Source: Squalus acanthias | Taxonomy: Eukaryota | Reading direction: 5' to 3' | Length of the DNA stretch: 64,000 nucleotides | Assembly: GCA_030390025.1 (NCBI GenBank) | Contig: CM059432.1 | Span: 52,082,001 to 52,146,000 of the forward strand | In this document: piece after piece, positions 49,451 to 62,469 of the stretch | Layout of the letters: the number at the start of each line of letters is the position of its first letter | Position numbering within the stretch: the stretch's first letter is position 1 | Notes under the pieces: generated by a model | Database searches by the model: none | Seen by the model: the letters and a program-made list of their open reading frames with translations, nothing else | What the model was told of the DNA's origin: nothing | Position numbers and translations under genes: made by a program

Positions 49451-52400
49451 TAAGAAGAATAATTAATTCACAGTTGAATTTGAACAACCTCAAACAGCAA
49501 GATACCTGATGGGAATAATGTGAAACCTCCTTTAATAAAATTGCCTGGCAACATTTTATTTCTCATTAGTTGGTTCATTAAAGTTTTGTATTTTTGAATG
49601 GTTTATTTCAGCTGTCATTGCTGCTGGTGCACAGTGATGTTTTTCCTTTCTTGTGGTTACATCATATCCCCATAAGTGTGCATGCCAGATGCATGACAAG
49701 CCGAAACTCATCACCATATTTACCAGCCTCTCAGCAAAGCTACTGACCAGGTAGAGCTTCTGTCTGCCTGATGTGGAATCCACACTCTCCTTGTAGGGAT
49801 ACACCCTACTTACTTATATCTAGAGAGTTTAGGTACAGCTTTAGCGGAGCCACGGTTTAGGGACTGCCAAGTAGGTACTGATTTATTGCTGGGGTTTAGC
49901 CAACTACGCATTGGTAAATTTGTTGCTGCATGTCTGGCCAGGGCCACCCAATCTATTGGAGGCAATAGCTTGCAGGGTTCTCGGGTGCTGAGTGGAAAGA
50001 ATTCCAGCCCTCAGTGACAGGTCTCCTTCTCCAGTTCTATTACTGAGCCAGGTTGACTAGCCAATCATCAACAATGCCCTGGATTACTCAGGTGTCGATT
50101 GCTGACTTTATTAAAGAAGGTTAACTTGGGTCTGAATTTCCATCACGATGTATGTCCCCTGGGTGCCATATTGACCGCAAAGACACACTGCTTATCTCCT
50201 GACTGGTGACAATTGCAGGTTTGAGCCTGTGCCAGCATCTCCAGGTATCTGGAGCTGCTCATGAATGGCATGGTGCTAACCATAACTCACCATAAAATAT
50301 CTAAAAACATTGTCACAGTTCTCAAACTCGGCCTCCAGGTAATGCCTTCCAGCAACTGTCATCCCAAGTCTGAGTTTCCTAATCAGGAATATGGAGGACA
50401 TCTGCCTTCTTTGTGGTGGAAAGACCCACACAGGACAACTTGCATTGTGCCAACCAACTTCTATAATGTTCTATACATCCAAGTTGCTTATCCAGATCCT
50501 CGTGTGAGGAGCTTTGGCAGAGAGGTGTGCGCACTGTGACTGCACTTCAAAAGTAATTCATCGGCTGTGAAGCACTTTGCAACATCCTGAGGTCATGAAA
50601 GACATGTGTTGCAAGTTTTTTCTCTTTCTATAATGACTTGTTTTAGAAAACTGTTGTTACTAACTTAAATATATAACAGAGCTCCCCTGATCCTAAGTGA
50701 AATGCCAAAAATAAAAAAGCTGAATCATGAATAAATTGATTGCTTATTAGGAACTATCTTGCCAGTTTGTAATAAGTTTTGAATCAGTTCTGTTGTTTGA
50801 TCTACAAAAGCTGCAATTGGGAAAGGGGCAAGCATTTTCAGATGGGTGTTTTGGTTTTTGCCACTGCCCCTTTTTTGCATTGTTGTACCGGACTTTAATT
50901 TGATGTACCATTTTCATCCTTTTAAATTTGCACCAGTTTTTTTCCCCTACTGCAATCCTGTCCTCATCCAATGTTCTGTTTTGTACACTTTCCTGCGGGG
51001 TCAGAATTAGACTCAACTGTGACGTTTTCAAAGATCATATAGCCTACAAGCAATCACTGGCGTGAATTTTCACTTTTACTGCCAGGCAGAAAATGGGTGG
51101 TAGCAATCGGCTAGCTCGTTTTTGTTTCCATTGACTTATTACAAGAATCGTCAGCCAAAGGCTCCATAATGATCAGTGCAGATCAACATAGTTTTCAGTA
51201 CTGGGTACAAAGCTCAAATGCAGAATTTCTAAGCAAATCAGGCATCATTATTAACAAAACTGTTATGACAAGGATTGATAAATTAGCAACAAAATATCAA
51301 ATTATAGCCTATTGGTGTGTATGAGTGTCCATCCCCTTAACCAACAGAACTCATTACCAAGGAATAAGCATATCCCGAGATACCAACAGTATATGGAGTA
51401 TTCAGAGTCTCAATGCCAGCAAAGCTGGAAGAGCACACACTAATGTGATTCCCATTTCCAGCACAGAGCGGAAGCTATCAGCCCCTTTGTTCTGAGACAT
51501 CTGGGAGGAGGGGCATAAAGCTGGAACCTATACTGTTTTTCAAACTTCACATGATTGGTACAGATGAGGAAGGCCATTTTACCCATCTTAGTCTTCCGTC
51601 CAGAACAAAACTAAAGTTTCTCCCCCCTGCCCTCACAGCACCAGGCTGTTTCTTAAATGAATCCAGGATTTTTGCCACTGTCCTGCTCAGAAGCCCATTC
51701 GCTGCATTGATCAGTGTTTCAGAAGTAAACAATGCTGCATAGTAAACCTGCAGCACACGTCTCCTACTGGGAGAAAGCTCGGTATCTAAGTAACTCTCTT
51801 GGAAAAACTGGAAAACTGTTAACTGCTTCCTCGAGGATCCTTAACACCTGGTGTCAGATTTCTCATCAGGTGTATTCCTCCCCAGAGAAGGGATGAAGGG
51901 ACAATAATACCAACATCAGTGATTTTAACTGAATATAATTGAAGTTTTTTTAAATCAATGCCTTATTTTGATTGCAAGTATTACAATCAGGTAAATTTAC
52001 CATCTGGTTAAACCCCATAAGCTAATAAAGCTCAATTCCTTCATTTCTTCCAATTTAAAGTACAGCTAGCATTAAGGAAGAATGCAAGCTTCACCCACAA
52101 TCAATAGAAAGAACTCTCCCTGGTTCCTTACCCTTCTCTAAAAACCTGGCCTGCCAGGTAGACTATTTAGGTAGTCTTTTAAATTTAAACTCATAGTACA
52201 CACAACTAAATCCAAAATTACAATTGTTACTGTTTCTATCTGCAAACATGCATATAACAGGCCTGGTTTGATGAGGTATGGGGAGGGTAGTGAGAGACAG
52301 ATGACTGTCTGGCAAAAGGCACCAACCCAGAGGCCAAAGTTAGTATGTTCAATAATAAAAACAACAAATTAAAATTTTATCAGCCAACAGTATAAAAGAA

Positions 52401-52709
52401 ATGGTGTTAAATATAAAACTTAACTCCCACAAGGATGTTTTTCATTTTTGCTCCCAATTCTCTCCCCTTTTCTCCCGTCTCTCCTGGTGCTGTTTATTGC
52501 AGGGGCTCAGTTCACAATCACCAGCCGCTGTCTGGTTCGTTGCCCAAGTGGTCGTTCTTCACACATTAGTCCAGACAGTATTTGCTTTTGCAGGGTATCA
52601 AATCAAAGCCTGAACATGTCTTCACCCAAACATCCATGAGTGTGCACATTTGCACACATACACTTCCAGCAGATGTCACTGGGTATTATTCAACATTAGG
52701 AACCCTGGA

Positions 52710-53276
52710 CAATTAATGATTTTAACCCCCGCACCCGATGAGAACGGGATGTGCGGGGGGGGAGGGAGTCAAAATATAGGTAGCGTGACACTCACTAAAT
52801 TCACACTGCACAAGTGCCCCCTGCCATTTTAACAGATGAATTTTGAGCAGCATCTGAGGCCCTCACTGAGATTCAAAAGTTGTACTCTGATGATGTCTGT
52901 CGGACTCCGACGATATTTTAAAACTGCTGCAGTGAAGTCGGCCCCTGGTGCCGGCCTGGCCAGGGATACCTGGCGCCGCGGAGCAGCAGGCCCAGAAGAG
53001 GGCCGAAAAGATGAGTTCATTTTATTTTTTAAACATTTCCTTGTGGGCCAAGCGTGCTCCCCGAACCTCACAAGGCCTCCCTTTTGTCCTAGGTTTCCCG
53101 CGATCGCTTCGGACCCTCGCAGAGTTAAGCCTTTGTTGGGGTCCCGGGCAAAAACCTCCTGCCGTGCTCGGCCACTCACGCCTGCAGGCGTCATGTCATT
53201 GACACTGAGTTTGGGCAGGAGCTTATTGAAATGAGGACCAGAACTTAAAATGGGCCAGGCCTCACATCGACAAGCC
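52710..53276. mobile_element. Non-autonomous Harbinger-type element
   Basis: GC-rich block with ends ..GATTTTAAC / CTTAAAATGGGCC. Confidence 0.5.
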
Positions 53277-54154
53277 AGGGCAAGCTTGGGGTTGCCAACT
53301 CCGGCTGCATGTATTCCTGGAAGTTTCATCACATGACCTCCTCCCTCCAACTGTCCCACCATTCCACTCCCCCCATTCATCGCCCAACATGTCCAGTCTC
53401 ATGGCTCAACGCATTGCTTCACCAAATGGAAAGTTTATTACCTGATTGGATGATTCTTGACTGTCAGTCAAACATCCTTTTCTTTCCACTCTAACATTTT
53501 CAGAACTATTAAAAAAAAGTGTTGATCGAAAATGATTTTTATTAATGCCTCTATGATTTTTCTACCTTTGTTTTTATTCATTCACGGGATGCAATGCCAG
53601 CATTTATTGCCTATCTCTAGTTGCCCTTGAAATGGTGGTGGTAAGCCACCTTCTTGAACTGCTGCAGTCCGTGTGGTGAAGGTACTCCCACAATGCTTGA
53701 AAAATGTAATTTTTTTTTAAATGACTGATTGGATAAATAAAGGAAATGCAATAGGTGCAATGTATATAAATTTTCAGACGGCATTTGAAAAGGTGTCTAT
53801 TTGGACATGAGTATAGGGAGCACACTTGGGTATAGGAAAGAAGGAATGGGGGTATACAGTCAATGCAAAGATGCTGAAGGGTGGATGAACAGAGCTATCT
53901 CGGAGTTCAAATACATAATTCACTGGAAGTGCAAGTGCAGATAGATAAAGCCATAAGAAAGGCCAACAGAATTTGGGGTTTTAAAATAGGGGCATAGAGT
54001 ATAAGCGTAAATAAATAATCATGAATTTATACAAGACATTGGTTAGACCGCATTTAGAAAGTACATTAAAGCCATAGAGAGCATCCAGCATACATTCCAC
54101 AGGATGATGTCAAGAATGGGAAACTATAGTTATGAGGAGAGACTTGAAATACTG

Positions 54155-56134
54155 GGGCCGCGATTTCCCCTACCTCGGCGGGTCCGTGGCGGGCGACATT
54201 GGTGGCGGGTCCTGGCCTCGCTGCCGGCTCCAGCCCACTGTCCAAAATGATTTACCCTAATTGGGCTTGTTAAGCCCGCCCAGCGCGTTTGCCAGCCAGT
54301 TGAAGGAAGCAGGTCTGATGACGTCATTTGATGACGCGTCATCAGCCGGTTTTCTTAAAGGGACCATCCGCAAATTTACTTTGACAGTTGTGCTGTCAGT
54401 GATCTACAGCATTGAGGTGCTGCAAACACTGACAAGCACTGTACAGAGGTGCACGGCTGCACCCAAGCTCTCCCATGACTCCCTCCATATGCTTATGGAG
54501 GGAGTCACCGCACGCAGGGAGGTCCTCTTCCCTTCCCATGGGCGGAAGAGACCTCCCCAGGAGACCAACGCAGCCTGGTTGCACATTGCAGAGGAGGGCA
54601 CAAGCAGGGATGTCGTCAGGAGGACCTGGGTGCAGTGGCGCAAACCTTTCAATGATCTCAGTAGATCACGAAACGTTGCTGCAAAGCCACACTCAACCTC
54701 ATCCTGCTGTGCCACTCATCACATCCCCATCACTCTGCCTTCCCTACCCTACTCCTGCACATCCTTACTCACACCACTTACCTTGCACCTCTACCCATCC
54801 CCCTCTATCTACATTATCACTTGCCCATCTCACTAGCCACCCCTCACAATCACCCTCATCCTAGTCCAATCAACATCACACAAGGGTAGGCACTTGAGTG
54901 CTTTATGCAATGTTCATGTAAAGTTTCTGTTAATGTGGTGTCAACCTTTATTTTCAACACTTTGCGTTCTTGGACAGATCTGTGTGCACCTTTGGAAGTG
55001 GCTTTGTAAGTTGCAGTGAATGGTGAGACATAACTGTACCCCCCGCAGTGGTGATGAGTGTGAAAGGAATGGCTTGCACATTGTTGGGATGTTTTATGGT
55101 GTTGGTGTGGGGTGGTGCTAACCTGGCGCATCATGTGGCAGCCAGGGTGTACAGCGTCAAGTGAAGTAAATCTGGCCATGGTGAGGCAATCCCTGGCCTC
55201 CCGGGCAGCAATGTGGTCAGGTGCTGATGCCTTTTGTCCTGTGCAGCATCAGTTGATTGCGGAGAAGGTTGGTGTTGTTGGTGCTGCTGCTGTGCCTGGT
55301 GCTGGTGGTGTTGGGGCTGATCGTGGTGGGATTCTGAGGACCAAGGTGAGATAGTTTCAAGGGCACCGATGCTGATGTCATAGCTGCGGAGATGCCGGTG
55401 TTGGACTGGGCTGGACAAAAGTGAGAAGTCGCACAACACCAGGTTATAGTCCAACAGCTTTATTTGAAATCACAAGCTTTCGGAGCGGCTGCTCCTTCGT
55501 CAGGTGAAGTGAAGAAATACAAATATTTTTTTTTTCTTCACTTCACCTGACGAAGGAGCAGCCGCTCCGAAAGCTTGTGATTTCAAATAAAGCTGTTGGA
55601 CTATAACCTGGTGTTGTGCGACTTCTCACTGATGTCATAGATGGCAGGTGAACTTGAGATGACAGAAGCAATCTGTCAATGGTGAGAGAGGTTGTTCCAA
55701 TGAGGTGACACTGGATAGAGAATTTATTCCAAACACTTGCAACCTGCATAAAGCTCAATTTGTCTTCCAAATGCAGTAAGCAACAGCTTCTGAGCTTGGA
55801 AAGTGAACAGCTGTGAGATGGGAGCTTTTATAGCACATTTGCAGCAGTCAAGTAATGAGATAATTCCACAGTCATACAACTCCCGACCTGTTTACCTGAC
55901 GTGATCCTCGAGCAGCGTGGACCTCGTAAAATGTAAAGGTGTGCTCAAAATACTTCTTAATGGGCTGTTAACAAGGTCATAATGACCTGAATTGCCTCCC
56001 CCACCGCTGCATGTCGGGTCTGTTCAGCACTGACAGACCCGACATCTGGGAAAGGCGCATGGCAGCGGGTTGACAGCGGGGTTCGGGAGGAACGCGCCCA
56101 CTGACCCCCCCCACCCACCCCCGAAAAATTCCCC
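54155..56134. mobile_element. Internally deleted Harbinger element (Myb exon 1 on +, transposase end on -)
   Basis: TSD CTG (54152-54154, 56135-56137); APKLSHDSLHMLMEGV..WLHIAEE..RTWVQWRKPFNDL; minus-strand AAREARDCLTMARF resembles the transposase C-terminus. Confidence 0.8.
55384..55628. mobile_element. Inverted double PLE family A repeat with two hammerheads (55470-55507 minus, 55543-55580 plus)
   Basis: Perfect 98-bp inverted arms 55420-55517 / 55533-55630; TSD CTGATGTCATAG (55372-55383, 55629-55640). Confidence 0.9.
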
Positions 56135-57444
56135 CTGGGATTATTTTCACTGGAGCAGAGAAGGCTAAGAGGAGATTTAAGAAGTTTTTAAAATGAAGAG
56201 TTGTGATTGAGTCGATAGGGAAAGAGTATTTCCTCTGGTTGGAGACTCAGTGACGAGAGATTCAAGTTATATTATTACTAACAGAGTGAGGAGAGAGGTT
56301 GGGAGAAATTTTGTCATACAGTGGGTTGGTGGAATGTTTTCCCACAAGGAGAGGTTGAAACAGAGGCCATTGTATTTTTTAAGGTAAAACTGGATAAATA
56401 TTCAAAACAGAGGAAGATACAGGGCTACGAGAGAGCAGAACAGTGATATTCATTTTGGATTGTTCCCACAAAGAGCCAGCATAGACACAATAGACCAAGT
56501 GGCTTCCTTCTGTGCTGTTAACTTACACGGTTCCTTGGTTCTATCCTCCTGCTGAAGCATATCCTGAGGTGAAAATAAAACCCTACACTCTCCGTTCACT
56601 GCACTAGGTGGCAGTTTATTTCACAAGTTAACGACGCAACATGAGAAGTTATTAATTTGGAAAGCATTTCTCCTTTTCCCACATTCCCAATTTATTTTTC
56701 AAAGAATTTTGCTGGCTTTTACTTTTTATCTGTTTATCTCATGATTTAAAAAAATATCAGCCCTGCCTCCTATTGCTACTTGTTAATTTAGCTGCACTTT
56801 GTTTTGCCTTTATTATCACCAATCTTCTCCCTCTCCTCTACTCTCTTGCAAGTGTGACTCCTTGCTGGATTATGGTTCCAGGGACACCGTGTACCCAAAT
56901 GGTAATTTTTCTGCTTTGAATCTGAACAGTAAGGCCAGATCTTCCTCTTTTGGAGAACTTGGGTATACCTTTGAATGGAGGGTTTTCTGCTTCCGTGAAG
57001 ATGCACCCCTGACCTCATGCAATCTTCGAGCCTTGGGATCATTTTCTTGGGATCCCTGGTGTTTGCCAAAGAGTCTGCCAATAGTGAAGATGGAGATTTG
57101 CTGCTGCAGCTCCAGAGGCTAACCGGTAAAACTTTGAAAACCTTTTTTTTTTAATTGGATCTGGGCTGTGCTGTGCGATCAATAGCACGGGCATTCTGCA
57201 GTTTAAAATTTTAATTCACTCTGACGTCACTGCAATGCTGGATGCCAGAAACAAGTACGCAACCCTTGCATTCAGCTTTGTTTCAGATCAAATAGTGTAA
57301 AATGCGTTGGATGACATTCTTTTATTTGAATGTCATTTCAATATGCCCACTCATATGGGCAGGTAAATTGAATGCCATTCGCCAATTTCACAGGAAGTCT
57401 GATAGGTGTGAAAATGGGTGGGGTCATGGCAGAGCATGTCTCTG

Positions 57445-57815
57445 TCAGGGACTTGAGCATAAAAATCTAGGCTGACACTTCAGTGCAGCACTGAAGGAGA
57501 GCTGCACTGTTGGAGGTGCCGTCTTTCGGATGAGACGTTAAACCGAGGCCCCATCTGCTCTCTCTGGTGAATGTAAACGATCCTATGGCATTATTTCGAA
57601 GAGAAGCAGGGCAGTTATCCCCGGTGTCCTAGCCAATATTTATCCCTCAGTCAACATCACTAAAGCAGTTGATCTGGTCATTATCACATTGCTGTTTGTG
57701 GGAGCTTGCTGTGCGCAAATTGACTGCCGCGTTTCCTACATTAGAACAGTGACTCCACTTCAAAAAGTACTTTCCGGTGGTCGTGAAAGGCACTGTATAA
57801 GTGCAAGTCTTTTTT
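57445..57815 (+). mobile_element. Deu-domain SINE (SacSINE1/AmnSINE1-like)
   Basis: GCTGCACTGTTGGAGGTGCCGTCTTTCGGATGAGACGTTAAACCGAGGCCCC..GGAGCTTGCTGTGCGCAAATTG, recognised from memory as Deu-SINE sequence. Confidence 0.75.
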
Positions 57816-59237
57816 TAAAATCCTGTTTTCCACCCTGAAACTGTTGGACAGTAGGCGGAAAGTCCAAGGTTGAGGGTCAGTCGGCTGTTTAAATGAGGCG
57901 AGATCATCACAACCAAACTCAATTCTGTCATAACCAATGTCCACACATCCAAACTTCCAGCAGGAGCTACTGGATGATCATCAAGAGTTGACATTCCCTT
58001 CCCTAATCCAAGATTGCTGAAGCCAATTATACTGCTGCCACAGGCTTTAGATCAAACCTGGTGCCTACCTAGTCTGAATGGCTCAGTAACTCACTGCTTT
58101 GCTCGACATGTTTTGTGTAATCTGTTCAAAATTACACCTCTTTTAAAAGATCATGTATGTGAAATTGATCTTAGGCGGTTGCACAAAATGGACATAATTG
58201 AATCAGCAGCCAGTTTTACACTCCACTCAATTTTCTTTTCCATTGAAGTCAATGCTTTGTGCTGCTGCCCAAGACCAAGTTAACCCCCCTTAGGTCCATA
58301 AGGAAGAAGACTAGTTTGAATAGAATTTCAAGATAAATATTAATATTTGCCTCTACCAATTACTGATAAGATGTCATGGTCATTACAGGCTACATTGTTT
58401 GAGTGGGAGAAGTCCTGTCTCATGGCCAGTGAACAGTCTGTGAAACTGTAAGACAATCTCCTTTGTTTATCTTCCTGCTGCTGCAGGCTCTCTCAACCTT
58501 CATCTGTCTCACCTCCTGTGTTAATTGCATTTCTTTGAGACAATGTAGTGACTAAAATTTGTGAAGCTAAAGTAGACAATGGGCTACTTACAAGGCTACT
58601 TACAAGGGACAGTATTGGCAGATTGAACTGGTATTTCTATATTTTGAACAATTCTCTGTGAAACATTAACATTTATTTTGGTTCCACAATGTGTAAAGGC
58701 TGCTGATGTGGAATTTATTCGGGTTTGCATTGCAGGTGGATTTCAAAGAATGGGCAGCAACACTGCTTCCAGTTTTTTTTCCAAATCATGCTCACATTGG
58801 GAAAGTCTGTGTTAGACATAAATGTGAACACTGGAATGCTGGCAGATATAAGCAGGCTAAGCACTCTGTCCAGCTGCAGCTACAACTACATGGCAACACG
58901 TGGCATTCAGCAGCACTACCTGTTTATATTTTGGACAGAAATATTTGGCTTTCGGTTGTGCAAGAGGCAAAGAGCCTGAGGTTGATCCTGATACCAGCAG
59001 AGACACTAGCTCAGACTTGCACTGCCGGCAGAATTTTGCTTCTACTTTTACACCTATTTTTTAAAGCTGTATTTTACTAGTGATTTCTTCACAGCAGTCA
59101 AGGTAAACAAAGGTGCAGTAGATGGGAGCCAGATTTTTTTTCTGCCATTTTTCTCTACCCCATTTCCTTGACTATTTTTAGATGCTGTTCCAAGAGTGTC
59201 GATCTCTGGTGTGTTAACCAAGCATCCATTCTTCATG

Positions 59238-59360
59238 CAAAAGCAAAATACTGCGGATGCTGGAAATCTGAAATAAAAACAGAAAATGCTGGAAATACTC
59301 AGCAGGTCAGGCAGGATCAGTGGAAAGAGAAACAGAGTTGACGTTTCAGTTTGATGACCT
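59238..59360 (-). mobile_element. Solo PLE family B repeat truncated inside the hammerhead
   Basis: 13-bp TSD TCCATTCTTCATG (59225-59237, 59361-59373); matches 35637-35760. Confidence 0.88.
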
Positions 59361-60385
59361 TCCATTCTTCATGTGTGACTCTAAACATTTGGCTATTCTA
59401 CCATAGGGGACATCAGATTCGACTCCTATCCTATCTTTGCTTACACAGCTACACTCGTCCACACATAGTAATAGAGAGCAAGAGTGGGAACCCTTCCCAG
59501 CCCATGGGATGTTGAGGGTAATTGTAGAGTCTTTACAGCCTGGCTGTCAGCTAACGCAGCATAGACCAACGTCAAGAACTTGCATTGATATGGCACTTTT
59601 AATGTAGAAAAACATCTCAACTTGCTTCAAAGACTAGAATTAAATCATATTTGTTACACTCTGGTCTGTATCTCTCAGCTGCAGACTGTCTTTACCAATG
59701 GAGCATTAGAAGAGTATCCTATGTGCCTATTCAGTATCAGAGTTCAACTTGGATTGGGTCTCAGATCAAGTTTTGAGGTGGGGCTTGATGTGCTCAGAGT
59801 CCTGGTGGAGTTTGGGAGTTCCGAACACTTGAGGCACTTTTATGTTCAAGTCCTGTGATAGCGAAGCCAGAACTTTCTCCATGTGTCCCTCTCCTGTTTT
59901 TGCATTTTAGTCTGCCACCAGTCTCCTGAATACCCATTGGAGGCCAGTAGGGTAGATCAGTCCTTCTGCACGTCAGCATAGTGCCCTGTCTGTCTGCGCA
60001 TGCACTGGTATCTTGAATTATTTTTAGAAATTTTAGCTAGAATGTTTGGCTGTTAGGATTTAGTCTCTTTTTAACTACGGATAGACTGAGTGAAACTATT
60101 GCGCGAGTGAAACGTATGGAGGAAAATTTGTCGGCTCTCTTTAATGAAGAGATCTCAAGATCGATTAGCCTATTAACACTTGCAGTGAGGCTGAGTATTG
60201 ACCAGAGCCAATTCTATGCATGCAAAAAAGTAGAAGTGCCTTTAGTGTTCCCTATGGCCATTGAAGTTAGCAAATCTTGCTTGGTTGTTTTATGTTATAT
60301 CAGACTAGATATTAGAAAATGGTGTAACATCTTGAATGTGCTCTCCAGGATTCTTAGTAAACCATGAAATGTTACCTAAAAACTA

Positions 60386-60940
60386 GGACCCTGAAATTCC
60401 TGGCTAGATGCTTCACCGGTAGAAGATTGGCAAAGAGGACCCTAGATCCGCTGGAGCACACCCTATCTCCACCCAAGCAGAGAGGCCCAGACCATATCCA
60501 CATTATGGGGACAGGGCTATTTACATACATAGGGCAGGTGCTTTGCATGGGTAGGGGCACTTCAGTGGCTCTCACTGTAAACCACCTGCTGGAATGTTGG
60601 CACCACGTACTTCTGACAGAGCAGAGGAGCCTGGGGAAGAGCCCAACAGAAAGTCAGGTTTTGAACTCTCAAGCTTCTCAGGGATTGGAACAGCAATTTC
60701 TTTCCTGGCATTTCTGTGGAACCAACCCCAGCTCTCAGCCTAGGAACTCCTAGACAAGCCCTCTTTACGTGGGGGGTAGGCAGAAAATGCCCCTATGCTC
60801 CCCCCTCCCTACCACCGGAAAATAGCTAACTTAAAAAATATAGGCGGCGTTCAGGCAGAACCAGGATCCACCTCATTTTCTGAACCCTGTCCAGGAATTT
60901 CACCAGGTTTCCGTCTTTGATCTGATCAGAATTTCAGCGC
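60386..60940. mobile_element. Non-autonomous Harbinger-type element
   Basis: Ends GACCCTGAAATTC ... GAATTTCAGCGCT. Confidence 0.5.
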
Positions 60941-61593
60941 TCAGATGTGTATGAATGTTATTTAAACGTACTTCAGTCTCTGCTGTTTTTACAATGTTTA
61001 TTAGGAGTTACATTTACTTTTGATCTTTGTTCATTAATTGCCTCTGCTAAAGTGAAACTGCTGTTGATTGTTTTGACCAATAAGCTGCAATGACCTTGTT
61101 CAGATAAACAATGCCATTTCCTGTCATAAACCTGTTTGACTCATGTGTAAGCGAGTACTTATTTGTATTCATTGCATAGACTGTCAGCTGAGATTTGTTC
61201 ATGCACTCCCACAGATGAAGCAGCCCTGTTGCAGGCTTGGTTGACAGGCAGACGATTGCAACTGACAAGTTCCTCATCAGTTACAAGACAGTTTATCTGA
61301 ACTCAAACACTATTTAGTTACCCCCAAGTTGCTTCATCTTGTCTCTTGAGGTGTTTTATGTCCAGCTCCTATCAGAGACATTGTACTATGATTCTTTTTT
61401 ACTGTACTGACTCAACAAAGCTCTGAATAAGGTTTCGAATTTCTCATCTCCCATCAAAAGGAACATATTGAATGACACTTAATCATCATTTTCTACCTTG
61501 AGTTGCTTGAGTGCTGCAGTGATAGTTGTCAGATTTTTATTTCTCTCTTACTGCTTACCGATTGTGTTATTGTCAAATATTGGGGAGGGGTCA

Positions 61594-62465
61594 GAACATA
61601 AGAAAGGAGCAGGAGTAGGGCATAGGCCCCTCGAGCCTGCTCCACCATTCACTAAGATCATGGCTGATCTTCGACATCAACTTCACTTTCCCGCCCGATC
61701 TCCATATCCCTTGATTCCCCTAGAGTGCAAAAATCTATCTATCTCAGCCTTGAATATACTCAACGACTCAGCATCCACAGCCCTCTGGGGTAGAGAATTC
61801 CAAAGATTCACAACCCTCTGAGTGAAGAAATTCCTCCTCATCTCAGTCTTAAATGGCCGACCCCTTATCCTGAGACTATGCCCCCTAGTACTAGACTCTC
61901 CAGCCAGGGGAAACAACCTCTCAGCATCTACCCTGTCAATCCCCCTCAGAATCTTGTATGTTTCAATGAGATCACCTCTCATTCTTCTCAACTCCAGAAA
62001 GTATAGGCTCAGTCTACTCAATCTCTCCTCATAAGACAGCCCTCTCATCCCAGGAATCAATCTAGTGAACCTTCATTGCCCTGTCTCTAAGCCAAGTATA
62101 TCCTTCCTCAGATAAGGAGACCAAAACTGTGCACAGTACTCCAGGTGTGATCTCACCAAAGCCCTGTACAATTGTAGCCAGACTTCCTTGCTCTTGTACT
62201 CCAACCCCCTTGCAATAAAGGCCGACATGCCATTTGACTTCCTAATTGCTTGCTGTACCTGCATGCTAACTCTCTGTGTTACCTGTATGAGGACACCTAC
62301 ATCTCTCTGAACACCAACATTTAATAGTTTCTCACCATTTAAAAAATATTCTGTTTTTCTATTCTTCCTACCAAAGTGAATAACCTCACATTTCCCCACA
62401 TTATACTCCATCTGCCACCTTATTGCCTACTCACTTAACCTGTCTCTATCCCTTTGCAGCTTTTT
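61594..62465 (-). mobile_element. CR1 3' fragment
   Basis: MEYNVGKCEVIHFG.., LEYCAQFWSPYLRKD, FFTQRVVNLWNSLP. Confidence 0.92.
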
Positions 62466-62469
62466 TGTG

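Larger units (their letters stand above)
53800..56525 (+). mobile_element. Degenerate CR1 3' fragment split by the 54155-56134 element
   Basis: CR1 sequence GAGACTTGAAATACTG|GGATTATTTTCACTGGAGCAG rejoins across the insertion. Confidence 0.75.

Noticed and set aside
50747..51031. Possible minus-strand exon ESVQNRTLDEDRIAVGEKNWCKFKRMKM
   Set aside because: Weak splice signals, unrecognised peptide, no linkable exons
58706..59080. 124-aa ORF after a TTGCAG acceptor
   Set aside because: No recognisable protein in any frame
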